A stretch of DNA of 64,000 bases. Source: Candidatus Entotheonellaceae bacterium. GTDB taxonomy: Bacteria > Tectomicrobia > Entotheonellia > Entotheonellales > Entotheonellaceae. Where the stretch lies: assembly GCA_965238075.1 (NCBI GenBank), contig OZ250173.1, forward strand, positions 1,888,001 to 1,952,000, given 5' to 3'. Below are positions 20,928 to 31,584 of this stretch, one piece after another; position 1 is the stretch's first letter; every line of letters starts with the position of its first letter. The notes beneath the pieces are model-generated. The model made no database searches. It saw nothing but the letters and a program-made list of their open reading frames with translations, and was not told the origin of the DNA. Made by a program: the position numbers and the translations under genes.

Positions 20928-22037
20928 GGGAATCTTGCCCGTTTGGATGCGCTGCTCCACGTCGGCGCTGCACGCGGGTGCGTGGCCGAAGGTCTGCTGC
21001 CAGAGGGTCTGCGTTTCCATGCACAGATAGAGCGGTGCGTCGGGCGCGTAGCGGCGAATCCAGCCCCACATCTTCGCGTACATCTCGGCACGGAGCGGCC
21101 TGAAATAGCGGATTTTGCCGTCGTCGGAGGGAAACAGCTCGGCGGTCATCAATCGGCTCTTGGGAAAACGCGTCCGCACCACGTCCTTGAGGTCCGGGGT
21201 GAAGCGCAGGCTGCCCAAGCTCATCGTGGTGACGGCCCGCGGGTCAACGGCCTGGAAGACCTGCTTCACAAAGGGCTCGTACACGTCTTCCCAGCCGCGG
21301 AAGTGCAAGAGAGGGTCGAAATGCAGGCCGATCTTGTAACCCGCCTCAAGGCAGCGCTGGGCCGCTCGCAGGCGCGCCGCCAGCGGGGCCGTCTTGTGCT
21401 CTTCGCGCTGCACCACGGACTGCGGATTGATGGACCACGACACCATCACCCGCCCTTGGGGTTCCACGTCCAGCAGGCCCTCGATCAGGTCGCTTTTGGT
21501 CTTCAGCTCGAACAGCACGTTGGGAAACTGGCGGATGAACGGCACCAGCAGCCCCGAAAAGCCGGTCAGCGGGTCGAGCGACAGGCTATCGCTGAACTCC
21601 CCTGAGCCCATGCGCACCAGCTGGTGCGGCCGGGCGCGCAGAAATGCCGTGACTTCCTCGAACAGCCGGTCGATGTTGGTGTACACGGTCAGGTAGGGCG
21701 TATTGATATAGCTTTGCAGGTAGCAGTAGGTGCAGTCGTAGTTGCAGTTGGACACCGTATCGACGATGACGTACCCGCAGCATAGCCGACCGTCGGTATT
21801 GCGGCTGCTGGCGCCAGGGCAGTCGCGCACGAAACGGCCCTTCTGCGCGGTGAGATACAGGTGCTTCTTGGCCAGGGTCATCAACGCCGCCTGATCCGAC
21901 GGCGCCGGCAACGGCGGCGGCCCGTCGATCACGTCCATTGGCACCGCGGCCAGTTGGCGCACCACATTGGCGGTGATCGGGCTGTCCACAACCTGCCTGT
22001 CGATCCACACGTGCTGCGGTCGGTAAACACGAGACAT
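20913..22037 (-). CDS. Spore photoproduct lyase-like radical SAM protein
   Basis: CNYDCTYCYLQ, GEFSDSL, ELKTKS, LHFDPL, LYLCME. Confidence 0.88.
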   Translation of the reverse strand: MSRVYRPQHVWIDRQVVDSPITANVVRQLAAVPMDVIDGPPPLPAPSDQAALMTLAKKHLYLTAQKGRFVRDCPGASSRNTDGRLCCGYVIVDTVSNCNYDCTYCYLQSYINTPYLTVYTNIDRLFEEVTAFLRARPHQLVRMGSGEFSDSLSLDPLTGFSGLLVPFIRQFPNVLFELKTKSDLIEGLLDVEPQGRVMVSWSINPQSVVQREEHKTAPLAARLRAAQRCLEAGYKIGLHFDPLLHFRGWEDVYEPFVKQVFQAVDPRAVTTMSLGSLRFTPDLKDVVRTRFPKSRLMTAELFPSDDGKIRYFRPLRAEMYAKMWGWIRRYAPDAPLYLCMETQTLWQQTFGHAPACSADVEQRIQTGKIPLLVT

Positions 22038-22210
22038 CGTCGTATGGTCCTTGAATCTCAGGTACTTGCACGGTAAGAGCAGCCATTGTAGGGGTGCCTC
22101 GGCGGGCGGTCAAGCAGGCTGCCCATGGTTCACGCAACGGCCCCTCCCCGAACTTGATATACTCGCCGCTCCAACCCATCATACCGACATACCGAAAAGG
22201 AGAACCTATC

Positions 22211-23416
22211 ATGGCCCAAAAGCCGTTGCTTGACGGGATTCGTGTGCTCGACCTGGGGCGCTTCATCGCCGCGCCGTATGCCGGACAATTGCTGGCTGAC
22301 CTCGGTGCCGAGGTGGTTCGGGTGGAGCGCCCCAGACCGGAGCCGGACCGGGTGCGGGGACCGCATCTGAACGGCGATTCCATGTACTTCGTCACCATTA
22401 ACCGCCACAAGAAGTCCGCCGCTTTCAACCTGTTCGACGAAGCGGGCCGGCGCCTGCTCGATCAACTCATCGTCAAGGCCGACATCCTCATCCAGAACTA
22501 CTCGCCGCGCGCCGCGCGTGACCTCGGCTTCGCCAAGGAGCGGCTGCTCGGCCTCAACCCGCGCCTGATCGCGCTGTCCATCACGGGCTACGGCGCTGAC
22601 GGACCGGACGCGGAGCGGGTCGCCTTCGACGGGTTGGCGCAGGCGAGGAGCGGCGCCATGGCCTGCAACGGCAGCGGTCAGCCGTTTCTCAACCACCTGC
22701 CGTACGTCGATTTCAGCACCGCTCTGTACGGCGGCTTCGGCATCATGGCGGCCCTGTACGAGCGCGAGCGCACCGGCAAGGGGCAATTCGTGGAAGTGTC
22801 GCTGATCGAAACCATCAGCGCCTTTGCGGGCACCTACGGCATGATCGCCGAAACCGCGCTGACCGACACCACTCGCCACCAGCAGGGCAACGCGTTGATC
22901 TACGCGCTCGGCGACTGCGTGCAGGCCAGCGACGGCGGCTTCGTGATCTTCAATTGCATCGGCAACATGTTCAAACGCCTGTGCGAGATGATCGGCCACC
23001 CGGAACTGCTGGACGATCCGTGCTACGCCACCGACGACCTGCGCTACGCCAACCGCGACGAGCTCATGGCGCACGTCACCGAGTGGGCGGGCGGCCTGCC
23101 GACCCCCGACATCCTCGCTGCTGCCGAACGCTTCCGTCTGCCCTTCGAGCGCGTCAGCACCGTGGCGGACCTGGCGAGCGATCCGCACGCCGCCGCGCGC
23201 GCCCTGTTTCCATGCGTTGACCAGCCCGGCATGGGGCCGATTCCGGTGGCCCGGCAGGGGTTGAACCTCAGCGCCCATCCGCATCCCGACCTGCGTCCGG
23301 CGCCGGCCATCGGCGAGCACACCGCGGAGGTGCTGCAGAACTGGCTGGGCTACACCCCGGAGCAGGTCCACGAGTTGCTGGAGGACGCCGTCGCGCCCGC
23401 CGCCGAGGCCCGTTAG
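22211..23416 (+). CDS. CaiB/BaiF family III CoA-transferase
   Basis: LDGIRVLDL..IAAPY..LADLGAEV; NRHKKS; AP.IGEHT. Confidence 0.92.
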   Translation: MAQKPLLDGIRVLDLGRFIAAPYAGQLLADLGAEVVRVERPRPEPDRVRGPHLNGDSMYFVTINRHKKSAAFNLFDEAGRRLLDQLIVKADILIQNYSPRAARDLGFAKERLLGLNPRLIALSITGYGADGPDAERVAFDGLAQARSGAMACNGSGQPFLNHLPYVDFSTALYGGFGIMAALYERERTGKGQFVEVSLIETISAFAGTYGMIAETALTDTTRHQQGNALIYALGDCVQASDGGFVIFNCIGNMFKRLCEMIGHPELLDDPCYATDDLRYANRDELMAHVTEWAGGLPTPDILAAAERFRLPFERVSTVADLASDPHAAARALFPCVDQPGMGPIPVARQGLNLSAHPHPDLRPAPAIGEHTAEVLQNWLGYTPEQVHELLEDAVAPAAEAR

Positions 23417-23552
23417 CGGGGCGGCGAAAACTTCTTGATGTTCCCGGAGCGGCGGTGCTAGGATACGCTACCTTTAACAGCGCCTTAACAGGCGTTCTGT
23501 GTCATGCGTGGAGACCGAGACCTGGGCCGGCATCCTACGAGGGGACAACGAG

Positions 23553-25532
23553 ATGAGTGCTGCTGTGGTGTGGTTATTCGTGTTTGTGCTCCTTTATTGG
23601 ATCTATTGCATCTACTGGGGGGTGAAGGGAGCCAAAACGGCCAGGACAGCCTCGGATTACTTCATCGCCGGGCGCTCGATTCCGCTGTGGGTGTTCGTGC
23701 TTGCTGCCACCGCCACGTCATTCTCCGGCTGGACCTTCATGGGCCACCCCGGCCTCGTCTACCGCGACGGTTTCCAATACGCCTACGCCTCGTTCTACGC
23801 CATTACCATCCCGTTCACCGGCCTGATGTTCCTGAAGCGCCAATGGATGCTCGGCAAGCGCTTCGGCTACGTGACGCCGGGTGAAATGTACGCCGATTAC
23901 TTCCGCTCCGACCTGATGCGCATCCTCACCGTCTTGGTGGCTCTGATATTTTCCGTGCCCTACCTCGGGGTGCAGCTGCGAGCCTCCGGCTTCCTGTTCA
24001 ACGTCCTCACCGACAATCTGTTCCCCGTCTGGCTCGGCATGTGGCTGCTGTCGCTGGTCGTCATCGTTTACGTCGCCTCGGGCGGCCTGCGGGCGGTAGC
24101 CTACGTGGATACGGTGCAGTGCGTCCTGCTGGCACTGGGTATCACGGCCATCGGGCTGATCACCCTGAGCTACGTCGGCGGTTTCGGCGCCCTGAACGAG
24201 GGCATCGCCAAGCTGGCGGAGATCGACAGCAAGCGCACGCCGGCGGGATACAGCCACTACATCGCCATACCAGGGGTCATCCAGTTCGTGAAGTCGGGGC
24301 CGAGCGCCGTCGGCGGCGCCTGGACGGGGATCATGATTCTCACGTACATGTTCGCGCTCATGGGTATTCAGTCGGCGCCGGCGTTCTCGATGTGGTCATT
24401 TTCCAACCGTAACCCGCGCCCCTTCGCGCCGCAGCAGGTGTGGGCGTCGTCGTTCGGTATCGGCTTCATCCTGATCGTCTTCACGGCCATCCAGGGCATG
24501 GGGGCGCACTTGTTGGGGGCTGACAAGGCGATGCTGGACGCCGTGCAGGCGGCGCAGGCGGCGGGGCAACCCGCCGGGTTTGCCAGCGATGTGCTGAAGC
24601 TGGGCGGCGACATCATGGAAATGCCGGGCAAACAGGGTTTCCTGGTGCCGGTGTTGATTCGCCTGATGAGCGACGTGGCGCCGTGGCTCGTGGGTCTGCT
24701 GGCAGTGTGCGCCCTGGCGGCGATGCAGTCGACCGGTGCGGCCTACATGTCTACGGCGGCCGGCATGCTGACGCGCGATCTGTACAAGCGCTTCTTCAAC
24801 CCCGATGCGTCGCATGAGTCGCAGAAACTGCTCGGGCGTATCGGCGTGGTGGTGATTACGATTCTGGCCCTGGTGGTGGCGACCACCTCGCGCGATGCCC
24901 TGGTGCTGCTCGGCGGCCTGGCAGTGGCGTACGGCTTCCAGATGTGGCCGGCGCTGATCGCCACCTGCTGGTGGCCGTGGCTGACGCGGCAGGGGGTCAC
25001 GGTAGGGCTCATCGCCGGCATCATTGCAGTGACGCTCACCGAGTCGATCGGCCAACAATGGTTCGGCATCACCGCATGGGGCAGATGGCCGCTGACCATT
25101 CACTCGGCGGGTTGGGGCCTGATCTTCAACCTCGGCCTGGCCATCCTGATTTCGCTTGTAACGCAAAGCCGCGAAGGGACCGAGCATCGCATGCGGTTCC
25201 ACAGCTTCCTGAAAGAACACGCCGGCCTGCCCGAGGCCAAGAAACCCCTGATTCCCTGGGCCTGGGGCATCACGATTGCCTGGTTCTTCTTCGGCATCGG
25301 GCCGGGGGCCGTCATCGGCAACACGATTTTCGGCAACCCGAACGACGCCGCCACGTGGATATTCGGCATACCCTCCATCTGGGCCTGGCACATCTTGTGG
25401 TGGGCGCTGGGCGTCGGCATGATGTGGTTCCTGGCCTACAAGATGCAGATGTCCACGGTGCCGGATCAGGAGGTCGTGGCGCTGGTGGAAGACATCGGCG
25501 ACGTGAAGGTTCCAGAGGCCGCGTCGGACTAG
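23553..25532 (+). CDS. Sodium:solute symporter family protein
   Basis: DYFIAGRS, SGWTFMGHPG, GGLRAVAYVD, many TM segments. Confidence 0.92.
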   Translation: MSAAVVWLFVFVLLYWIYCIYWGVKGAKTARTASDYFIAGRSIPLWVFVLAATATSFSGWTFMGHPGLVYRDGFQYAYASFYAITIPFTGLMFLKRQWMLGKRFGYVTPGEMYADYFRSDLMRILTVLVALIFSVPYLGVQLRASGFLFNVLTDNLFPVWLGMWLLSLVVIVYVASGGLRAVAYVDTVQCVLLALGITAIGLITLSYVGGFGALNEGIAKLAEIDSKRTPAGYSHYIAIPGVIQFVKSGPSAVGGAWTGIMILTYMFALMGIQSAPAFSMWSFSNRNPRPFAPQQVWASSFGIGFILIVFTAIQGMGAHLLGADKAMLDAVQAAQAAGQPAGFASDVLKLGGDIMEMPGKQGFLVPVLIRLMSDVAPWLVGLLAVCALAAMQSTGAAYMSTAAGMLTRDLYKRFFNPDASHESQKLLGRIGVVVITILALVVATTSRDALVLLGGLAVAYGFQMWPALIATCWWPWLTRQGVTVGLIAGIIAVTLTESIGQQWFGITAWGRWPLTIHSAGWGLIFNLGLAILISLVTQSREGTEHRMRFHSFLKEHAGLPEAKKPLIPWAWGITIAWFFFGIGPGAVIGNTIFGNPNDAATWIFGIPSIWAWHILWWALGVGMMWFLAYKMQMSTVPDQEVVALVEDIGDVKVPEAASD

Positions 25533-25626
25533 TTCCCTTCACCCCAACCCGCTCCCTCTCCAGGGGAGAGGGAGCAACAGCAACAATTCCCTCTCCCTGC
25601 GCGGGGGAGGGCTGGGGAGAGGGGGA
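25533..25626. repeat. REP-like palindromic element (CCCTCTCCC...GGGAGAGGG type)
   Basis: Nested inverted repeats; partial copy at 26595-26633. Confidence 0.75.
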
Positions 25627-25657
25627 TTGTTGAGCGGCCGGCAAGGGGCGCTGCATC

Positions 25658-25903
25658 ATGGCACCGTGGGTCATTCCCTGGTACGGCTTTTCGTCTTTTC
25701 TGCTGGGCTTGTTGCTCTTCTGGCCCCTCCGCAAACTTATCCTGGCCCTCAGCATCAACCGCCACCAGCGCCGCATTCAGGCCGATATCGACGACGCGGA
25801 CCGGGAGCGGTTGCGGCAGCGGGTCACCTGGGTCGCCGCCTTTATCGCCATGACGTTCGCCTTCCTGTACAACCACTTCATCTTCTTCAGGTCGGTTGGC
25901 TGA
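25658..25903 (+). CDS. Small two-TM membrane protein
   Basis: Two hydrophobic segments; co-oriented between symporter and TPR gene. Confidence 0.7.
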   Translation: MAPWVIPWYGFSSFLLGLLLFWPLRKLILALSINRHQRRIQADIDDADRERLRQRVTWVAAFIAMTFAFLYNHFIFFRSVG

Positions 25904-26489
25904 CATGAACGCGTTCTACCGCAGGGAGAATCGCGCTGGCGTCCTGGCGCTGATGCTGTTCGTGGGCGTCGTTGCCTTCGTGCTGTATTGGCGCACCGTA
26001 GTGGAGGACACACCGGGCGACTATCACGTCAAGACGGGCAACTACCGCCTGCAAGACGCGCAGTATGATCGGGCTGTCGCCGAATTCGAGCTCGCCCTGG
26101 AAGCGCATGCCCACCACCCTTTGGCCCACCTCGGCATCGCCCTGGCCCTGATGCATCAAGAGCGCTACGAGGCCTCCCTGGAAGCCTTCGACCGCGCTCT
26201 GGCGCTCGATGATTCCCTTGCCGTAGTCTATGCTGACCGGGGCATTTTGTATGACCGCACCGGTCAGCACGCCCTGGCCTTGCAGGACTACCGCCACGCC
26301 CTGGCCCTGGACCCCAAGCTGGCCGACGGTCCCGGCTGGCTGTGGCGCTTCCTCCGCAACATACCCGAACGTCCCCCCACCATCGCCGACCGCGCCGCTT
26401 ACCTCGAAGCCGAACTACGCAAGGCGCCTGAAGACCGCGTCCTGCGCCTGCCGGAGGTCGACGCGCAGCAGCGCATGTACAAGTATTGA
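25896..26489 (+). CDS. Membrane-anchored TPR protein
   Basis: N-terminal TM and TPR motifs (AHLGIALAL, VYADRGILY..ALALDP); start may be ATG 25906. Confidence 0.82.
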   Translation: MADMNAFYRRENRAGVLALMLFVGVVAFVLYWRTVVEDTPGDYHVKTGNYRLQDAQYDRAVAEFELALEAHAHHPLAHLGIALALMHQERYEASLEAFDRALALDDSLAVVYADRGILYDRTGQHALALQDYRHALALDPKLADGPGWLWRFLRNIPERPPTIADRAAYLEAELRKAPEDRVLRLPEVDAQQRMYKY

Positions 26490-26594
26490 TACGCTGCACG
26501 CCGGTGCTTGAGAAAGCCCTTTGACGTGCTATGCTTCACGCCCATGGCTTCAGATTGACGGGTCGGCGGGTTGCGGCGTGGCCCGTATTCCTGC

Positions 26595-26633
26595 TCCCTC
26601 TCCCCTGGAGGGAGAGGGTTGGGGTGAGGGGGA
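26595..26633. repeat. REP-like palindromic element, partial copy
   Basis: TCCCTCTCCCCTGGAGGGAGAGGGTTGGGGTGAGGGGG. Confidence 0.7.
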
Positions 26634-26715
26634 ACGCCTCGAATTACAAGCCGTCTTGAACCGAAAATGGTTTAGCGTAGTGCGACAAGTGACGAAGAAC
26701 GGACAGGAGAGTCTC

Positions 26716-27456
26716 ATGATTTCAGATGCGGACGTGAAGGCGTTGGTGCGTGAGCGCTACGCCGAGGTGGCGAATGCCGCGGGCGGTTGTTGCGCCGATG
26801 ATAGTTGCGGCACGTCCACGCAGCTTTACGACGACGAGCAGGTCGAAGGACTGCCGAGCGAGGCGCTGATGGCGTCGGCGGGCTGCGGCAATCCGACGGC
26901 CATCGACGACCTCAGACCCGGCGACACGGTGGTGGACTTCGGCAGCGGCGGCGGTATCGACTGCTTCATTGCGGCCAAGGCGGTGGGGGAGCAGGGTCAC
27001 GTCATCGGCGTGGACATGACGCCCGATATGGTGGACCTCGCGCGCCGTAACGCGGCAAGCCTCGGCATGACGAACGTGACGTTTCACCTCACCGAGATGG
27101 AAAGCACGCCCGTCGCCGGCGACTCGGTGGACGTGATCATCTCGAACTGCGTCATTAACCTGGCGCCGGACAAGGACGCGGTGTTCCGTGAGGCCTATCG
27201 CATCCTGAAGCCGGGGGGCCGGATGTTCATTTCGGACATGCTGCTCACGGCGCCGCTGCCGGCGCACGCGACCGCCGACGCGCGGAACTGGGTGGCCTGC
27301 CTGTCGGGCGCCGAGCCGCAGGAAGTCTATCTCGACCGGATGCGGCAGGCGGGCTTTGAGCGCATGGAGATCGTGGACGACAAGCCCTGGCAGGGCGAAC
27401 AGGAATGGGCGTCGCGCGTCCACAGCATGAATATCAAGGCGTACAAGCCGGCGTAG
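26716..27456 (+). CDS. arsM: Arsenite methyltransferase
   Basis: [40 protein letters not shown]. Confidence 0.88.
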   Translation: MISDADVKALVRERYAEVANAAGGCCADDSCGTSTQLYDDEQVEGLPSEALMASAGCGNPTAIDDLRPGDTVVDFGSGGGIDCFIAAKAVGEQGHVIGVDMTPDMVDLARRNAASLGMTNVTFHLTEMESTPVAGDSVDVIISNCVINLAPDKDAVFREAYRILKPGGRMFISDMLLTAPLPAHATADARNWVACLSGAEPQEVYLDRMRQAGFERMEIVDDKPWQGEQEWASRVHSMNIKAYKPA

Positions 27457-27519
27457 GCATCCTGCCGCGCGCTGCCGATGCGCTGTTCCCGTCGGCTGCC
27501 GAATGAAAGGAGAGGCCAT

Positions 27520-27720
27520 ATGCGCAAGATCCATGAGCGTTTTGTGACGGACAGCACCGGAAGGCGGACGGCAGTGTTGCTGGATATGGGGGAATACGAG
27601 AAGCTGCTCCAGGAACTCGAAGAACTCGAATCCCTCAAAGCCTATGATGCGGCCAAGTCGTCTGCTGACGAAGCCATCCTGCTCGACCGAGCCCTGGCAG
27701 AAATCGAAGCGCGTCGGTAG
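27520..27720 (+). CDS. Putative antitoxin of a RelE pair
   Basis: FVTDSTGRRTAVLLD..EYEKLL.ELEELE; directly upstream of a relE-like gene. Confidence 0.7.
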   Translation: MRKIHERFVTDSTGRRTAVLLDMGEYEKLLQELEELESLKAYDAAKSSADEAILLDRALAEIEARR

Positions 27721-27975
27721 TGCCCTACTCCGTTGTTATCTTAACGGAGGGCTCAGAAGGAAATGGCCCAGTTGCCATTAGATATGTATGAGCGCATGCG
27801 TGATGCACTCCTTCATCTGAGCGATGTGCCGCGCCCCGCTGGTTGTGCCAAGTTGAGGGGCAGGGAGGGTTGGCGCATCCGGGTTGGGAACTATCGGGTG
27901 ATCTATGAGATTGATGACATTCTACGCCGCATCACGATACTCCACACTGGGCAAAGACGTGACATTTACCGTTAA
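27720..27975 (+). pseudogene. RelE/ParE toxin with a 1-nt insertion near 27744
   Basis: GTG start VPYSVVIL then shifted frame RRAQKEMAQLP...WRIRVGNYRVIYEID. Confidence 0.75.
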
Positions 27976-28007
27976 GAATTTTCCCATAACTCAAAGGGAG
28001 CATTAAC

Positions 28008-28781
28008 GTGCCAGACACCATCCTGTACGAAAAAGAAGGCCACGTCGTTACCATCACCTACAATCGGCCCGAGCGGCTCAACGCCATCAACGGCCAGATG
28101 CGCGAGGAACTGAACGCCGCCTGGCTGCGTTTCCGCGACGATACCGACGCCTGGGTGGCCATCCTGACCGGGGCGGGGCGGGCTTTCTGCGCCGGTGCCG
28201 ACATCAAGGAGGGCGGCTCGGCGGGCACCTTCGCGGGCACGTATTGGGAAAAACCCACCATCAACTCGTTCGAGAGCGGCCTGGAACTGTTCAAGCCGAT
28301 CATCGCGGCGATCAACGGCCCGTGCCTCGGCTATGGTGTCACCGGCGTGTCGTTCTGCGATTTCGTCATCGCCTCGGAGCGCGCGACCTTTGGCTTCCCG
28401 GAGGTGCGTATCGGCGTGCCCACAATCGTGGGCGCGGTCCGCATGCCGGGCCGCATCGGCTGGACCAACGCCATGGAACTGCTGCTTATCGGTGAGTCCG
28501 TGGACGCGGCGCGCGCCAAGGAAATGGGGCTGGTGTGGAAGGTGGTGCCGCACGACGATCTACTGAGCGAGGCGAAAGCGCTGGCCGCCCGGCTGTGTCA
28601 ATCGGCGCCGCTAGCGGTGCGCGCTACCAAGGAAGTGGCGGTGCGCACCCGCAGCCTGCCGTGGATCGAAGCGGTGCGCTTTGGCGAAACCATGCGGTTG
28701 GTGGCCGGCGAAACCGCCGACGCCAGCGAGGGCAAGCAGGCGTTCAGAGAGAAACGCTCCCCGGTCTGGCAGGGCAAGTAA
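28008..28781 (+). CDS. Enoyl-CoA hydratase/isomerase family
   Basis: NRPERLNA, AFCAGAD, KPIIAAING, FGFPEV. Confidence 0.92.
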   Translation: MPDTILYEKEGHVVTITYNRPERLNAINGQMREELNAAWLRFRDDTDAWVAILTGAGRAFCAGADIKEGGSAGTFAGTYWEKPTINSFESGLELFKPIIAAINGPCLGYGVTGVSFCDFVIASERATFGFPEVRIGVPTIVGAVRMPGRIGWTNAMELLLIGESVDAARAKEMGLVWKVVPHDDLLSEAKALAARLCQSAPLAVRATKEVAVRTRSLPWIEAVRFGETMRLVAGETADASEGKQAFREKRSPVWQGK

Positions 28782-28839
28782 ACCGCTGGATACTGAGTGC
28801 AGGAGTCAGAACGATCTGAAGAGCATGGCGCGACACCGT

Positions 28840-30003
<1,164 letters not shown>

Positions 30004-30099
30004 TCATCGTCCTCGTATTCGAACCGGGCGCCAGCGAGGCGTCCCCCCGATAGAGGCCGGAGGCGATCATCCGAACGATTCATTCCCGCGACTACCCAA

Positions 30100-30400
30100 C
30101 TAAGCTCGACTTTGTACAAAATGAGGGAGTATCCAGGGACATTGCCCCTGTGTTGTAAGATGGCAGGTCCCACTCAAACCGTCTTGCAGCGAGGTCAGCG
30201 ATGCCCCCTTCAGCACACAGTAGCACCGTCCTGGCGTCCTTTCAAAGTCTCTTCAGGGTTGGCCCCAACGCCCCAGAGCCTGTCCTCGTGAAAACGGGGA
30301 TCAGTGAGCGCCTGGGGCTACGACACAAGACCATCGCCCAGTGGACGCGCCAGATGATCCGGGTGGTGCGGCGTTGGCTGCCGCACGTCACGATAGTACT
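30100..30400 (+). mobile_element. IS701-like transposase remnant
   Basis: End-like CTAAGCTCGACTTTGTACAA; fragment RHKTIAQWTRQMIRVVRRWLP. Confidence 0.5.
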
Positions 30401-30435
30401 AGGAACGTTAAGTCTATTGGGAGGAAGCGATTGCA

Positions 30436-31146
30436 ATGACAGCGGCGACGAATGAGGTGCTCAAGCGCGAGGTCAAGGTGTTGATGTTCGATCAGTACGG
30501 TACCGTTGTCGATATGCAGCAAGGCTTGATCGATGCGGTCACACCCTTTCTGCGCGAGAAGGGCTGGGACGGTGAGCCGCACCGCTTTGTCACCTGGTGG
30601 CGGCGCATCCATTACGAGGATTCGATGATCGATGCGCTGTGTGACCGCGGTCACACGCCGTACCGGCAGATCGGCCACCGGGCGGTGTCGCACGTGATGA
30701 CTCGAGCAGGTATTGCCTATACTCAGGAAGAGGTGCAGTGGCTGGTCGCCCAGATCGAACAACTGCGGCCTTTTCCAGACGTTCTTGACACGCTGTCCCA
30801 ACTCCGAACCCGTTACCGTCTCGTGATTCTGTCTAACGGCGACCGGGATATGCTGGAAAATGCGAAGCCGTCGATTGGCTTCGATTTTGACCAGACGATC
30901 TCGGTTGAAGAAGCGGGTTACTTCAAGCCCCATTACAAGACGTATCAGAAGGCTGAAGAGCTAATCGGAGAGGCGCGGACGAGCATTATGCACGTCGCCA
31001 ATCACGCCTTCGACTGCATCGGTGCCAAGGCTTATGGCATGCGCGCGGCATTCATCGATCGTCGCAGCCGCCCCTATGGCGAAACACCGCATCAGCCGGA
31101 CCTGGTCGTACCGAACTTTGCAGCGTTGGCCGAGGCGTTGACATAG
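30436..31146 (+). CDS. Haloacid dehalogenase type II (HAD)
   Basis: FDQYGTVVD, ILSNG, FKPH, HVANHAFD. Confidence 0.9.
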   Translation: MTAATNEVLKREVKVLMFDQYGTVVDMQQGLIDAVTPFLREKGWDGEPHRFVTWWRRIHYEDSMIDALCDRGHTPYRQIGHRAVSHVMTRAGIAYTQEEVQWLVAQIEQLRPFPDVLDTLSQLRTRYRLVILSNGDRDMLENAKPSIGFDFDQTISVEEAGYFKPHYKTYQKAEELIGEARTSIMHVANHAFDCIGAKAYGMRAAFIDRRSRPYGETPHQPDLVVPNFAALAEALT

Positions 31147-31584
31147 GGCTCAGACGGGAGGAAGACACCATGAAACAGGCGACGAAAAAATTCGACAACT
31201 TTTGGATCGGGGGTGCGTCATAGATACGGTTCAAGAGCACTGCGGCGTCAAACTAAACAAAGTGGGGCAACGCGACACGTGGCTACGAAACGAATCAGGT
31301 AGAACCTGGTGGGTTCTGGGTGAAGTAGCAGAAGAAGCCCTGCGCCAGGTACGGAAAACCGAGTGCAGGGCTTTTTGCTTGAACCACGAGTGAGCGAGGC
31401 GCAGAAAGCGCAAGACGACGTAAAGCGCCAGCGGGGATATCAAAGACGATCCGCTGGATGAGGGGCGTTCTTCTGACCCTGCGGATTCTGGTGCTTGGGC
31501 TGCTCTGGCGGTTGTTCTCTACACATGACAGGGAGCGGGTTGACCCCACGCAAAGCCGTGAGCAAAGCCTTACCCCGAGCCGCA

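Noticed and set aside
31150-31580. Short ORFs after the HAD gene
   Set aside because: Fragmentary with no recognisable motif; at most a decayed gene
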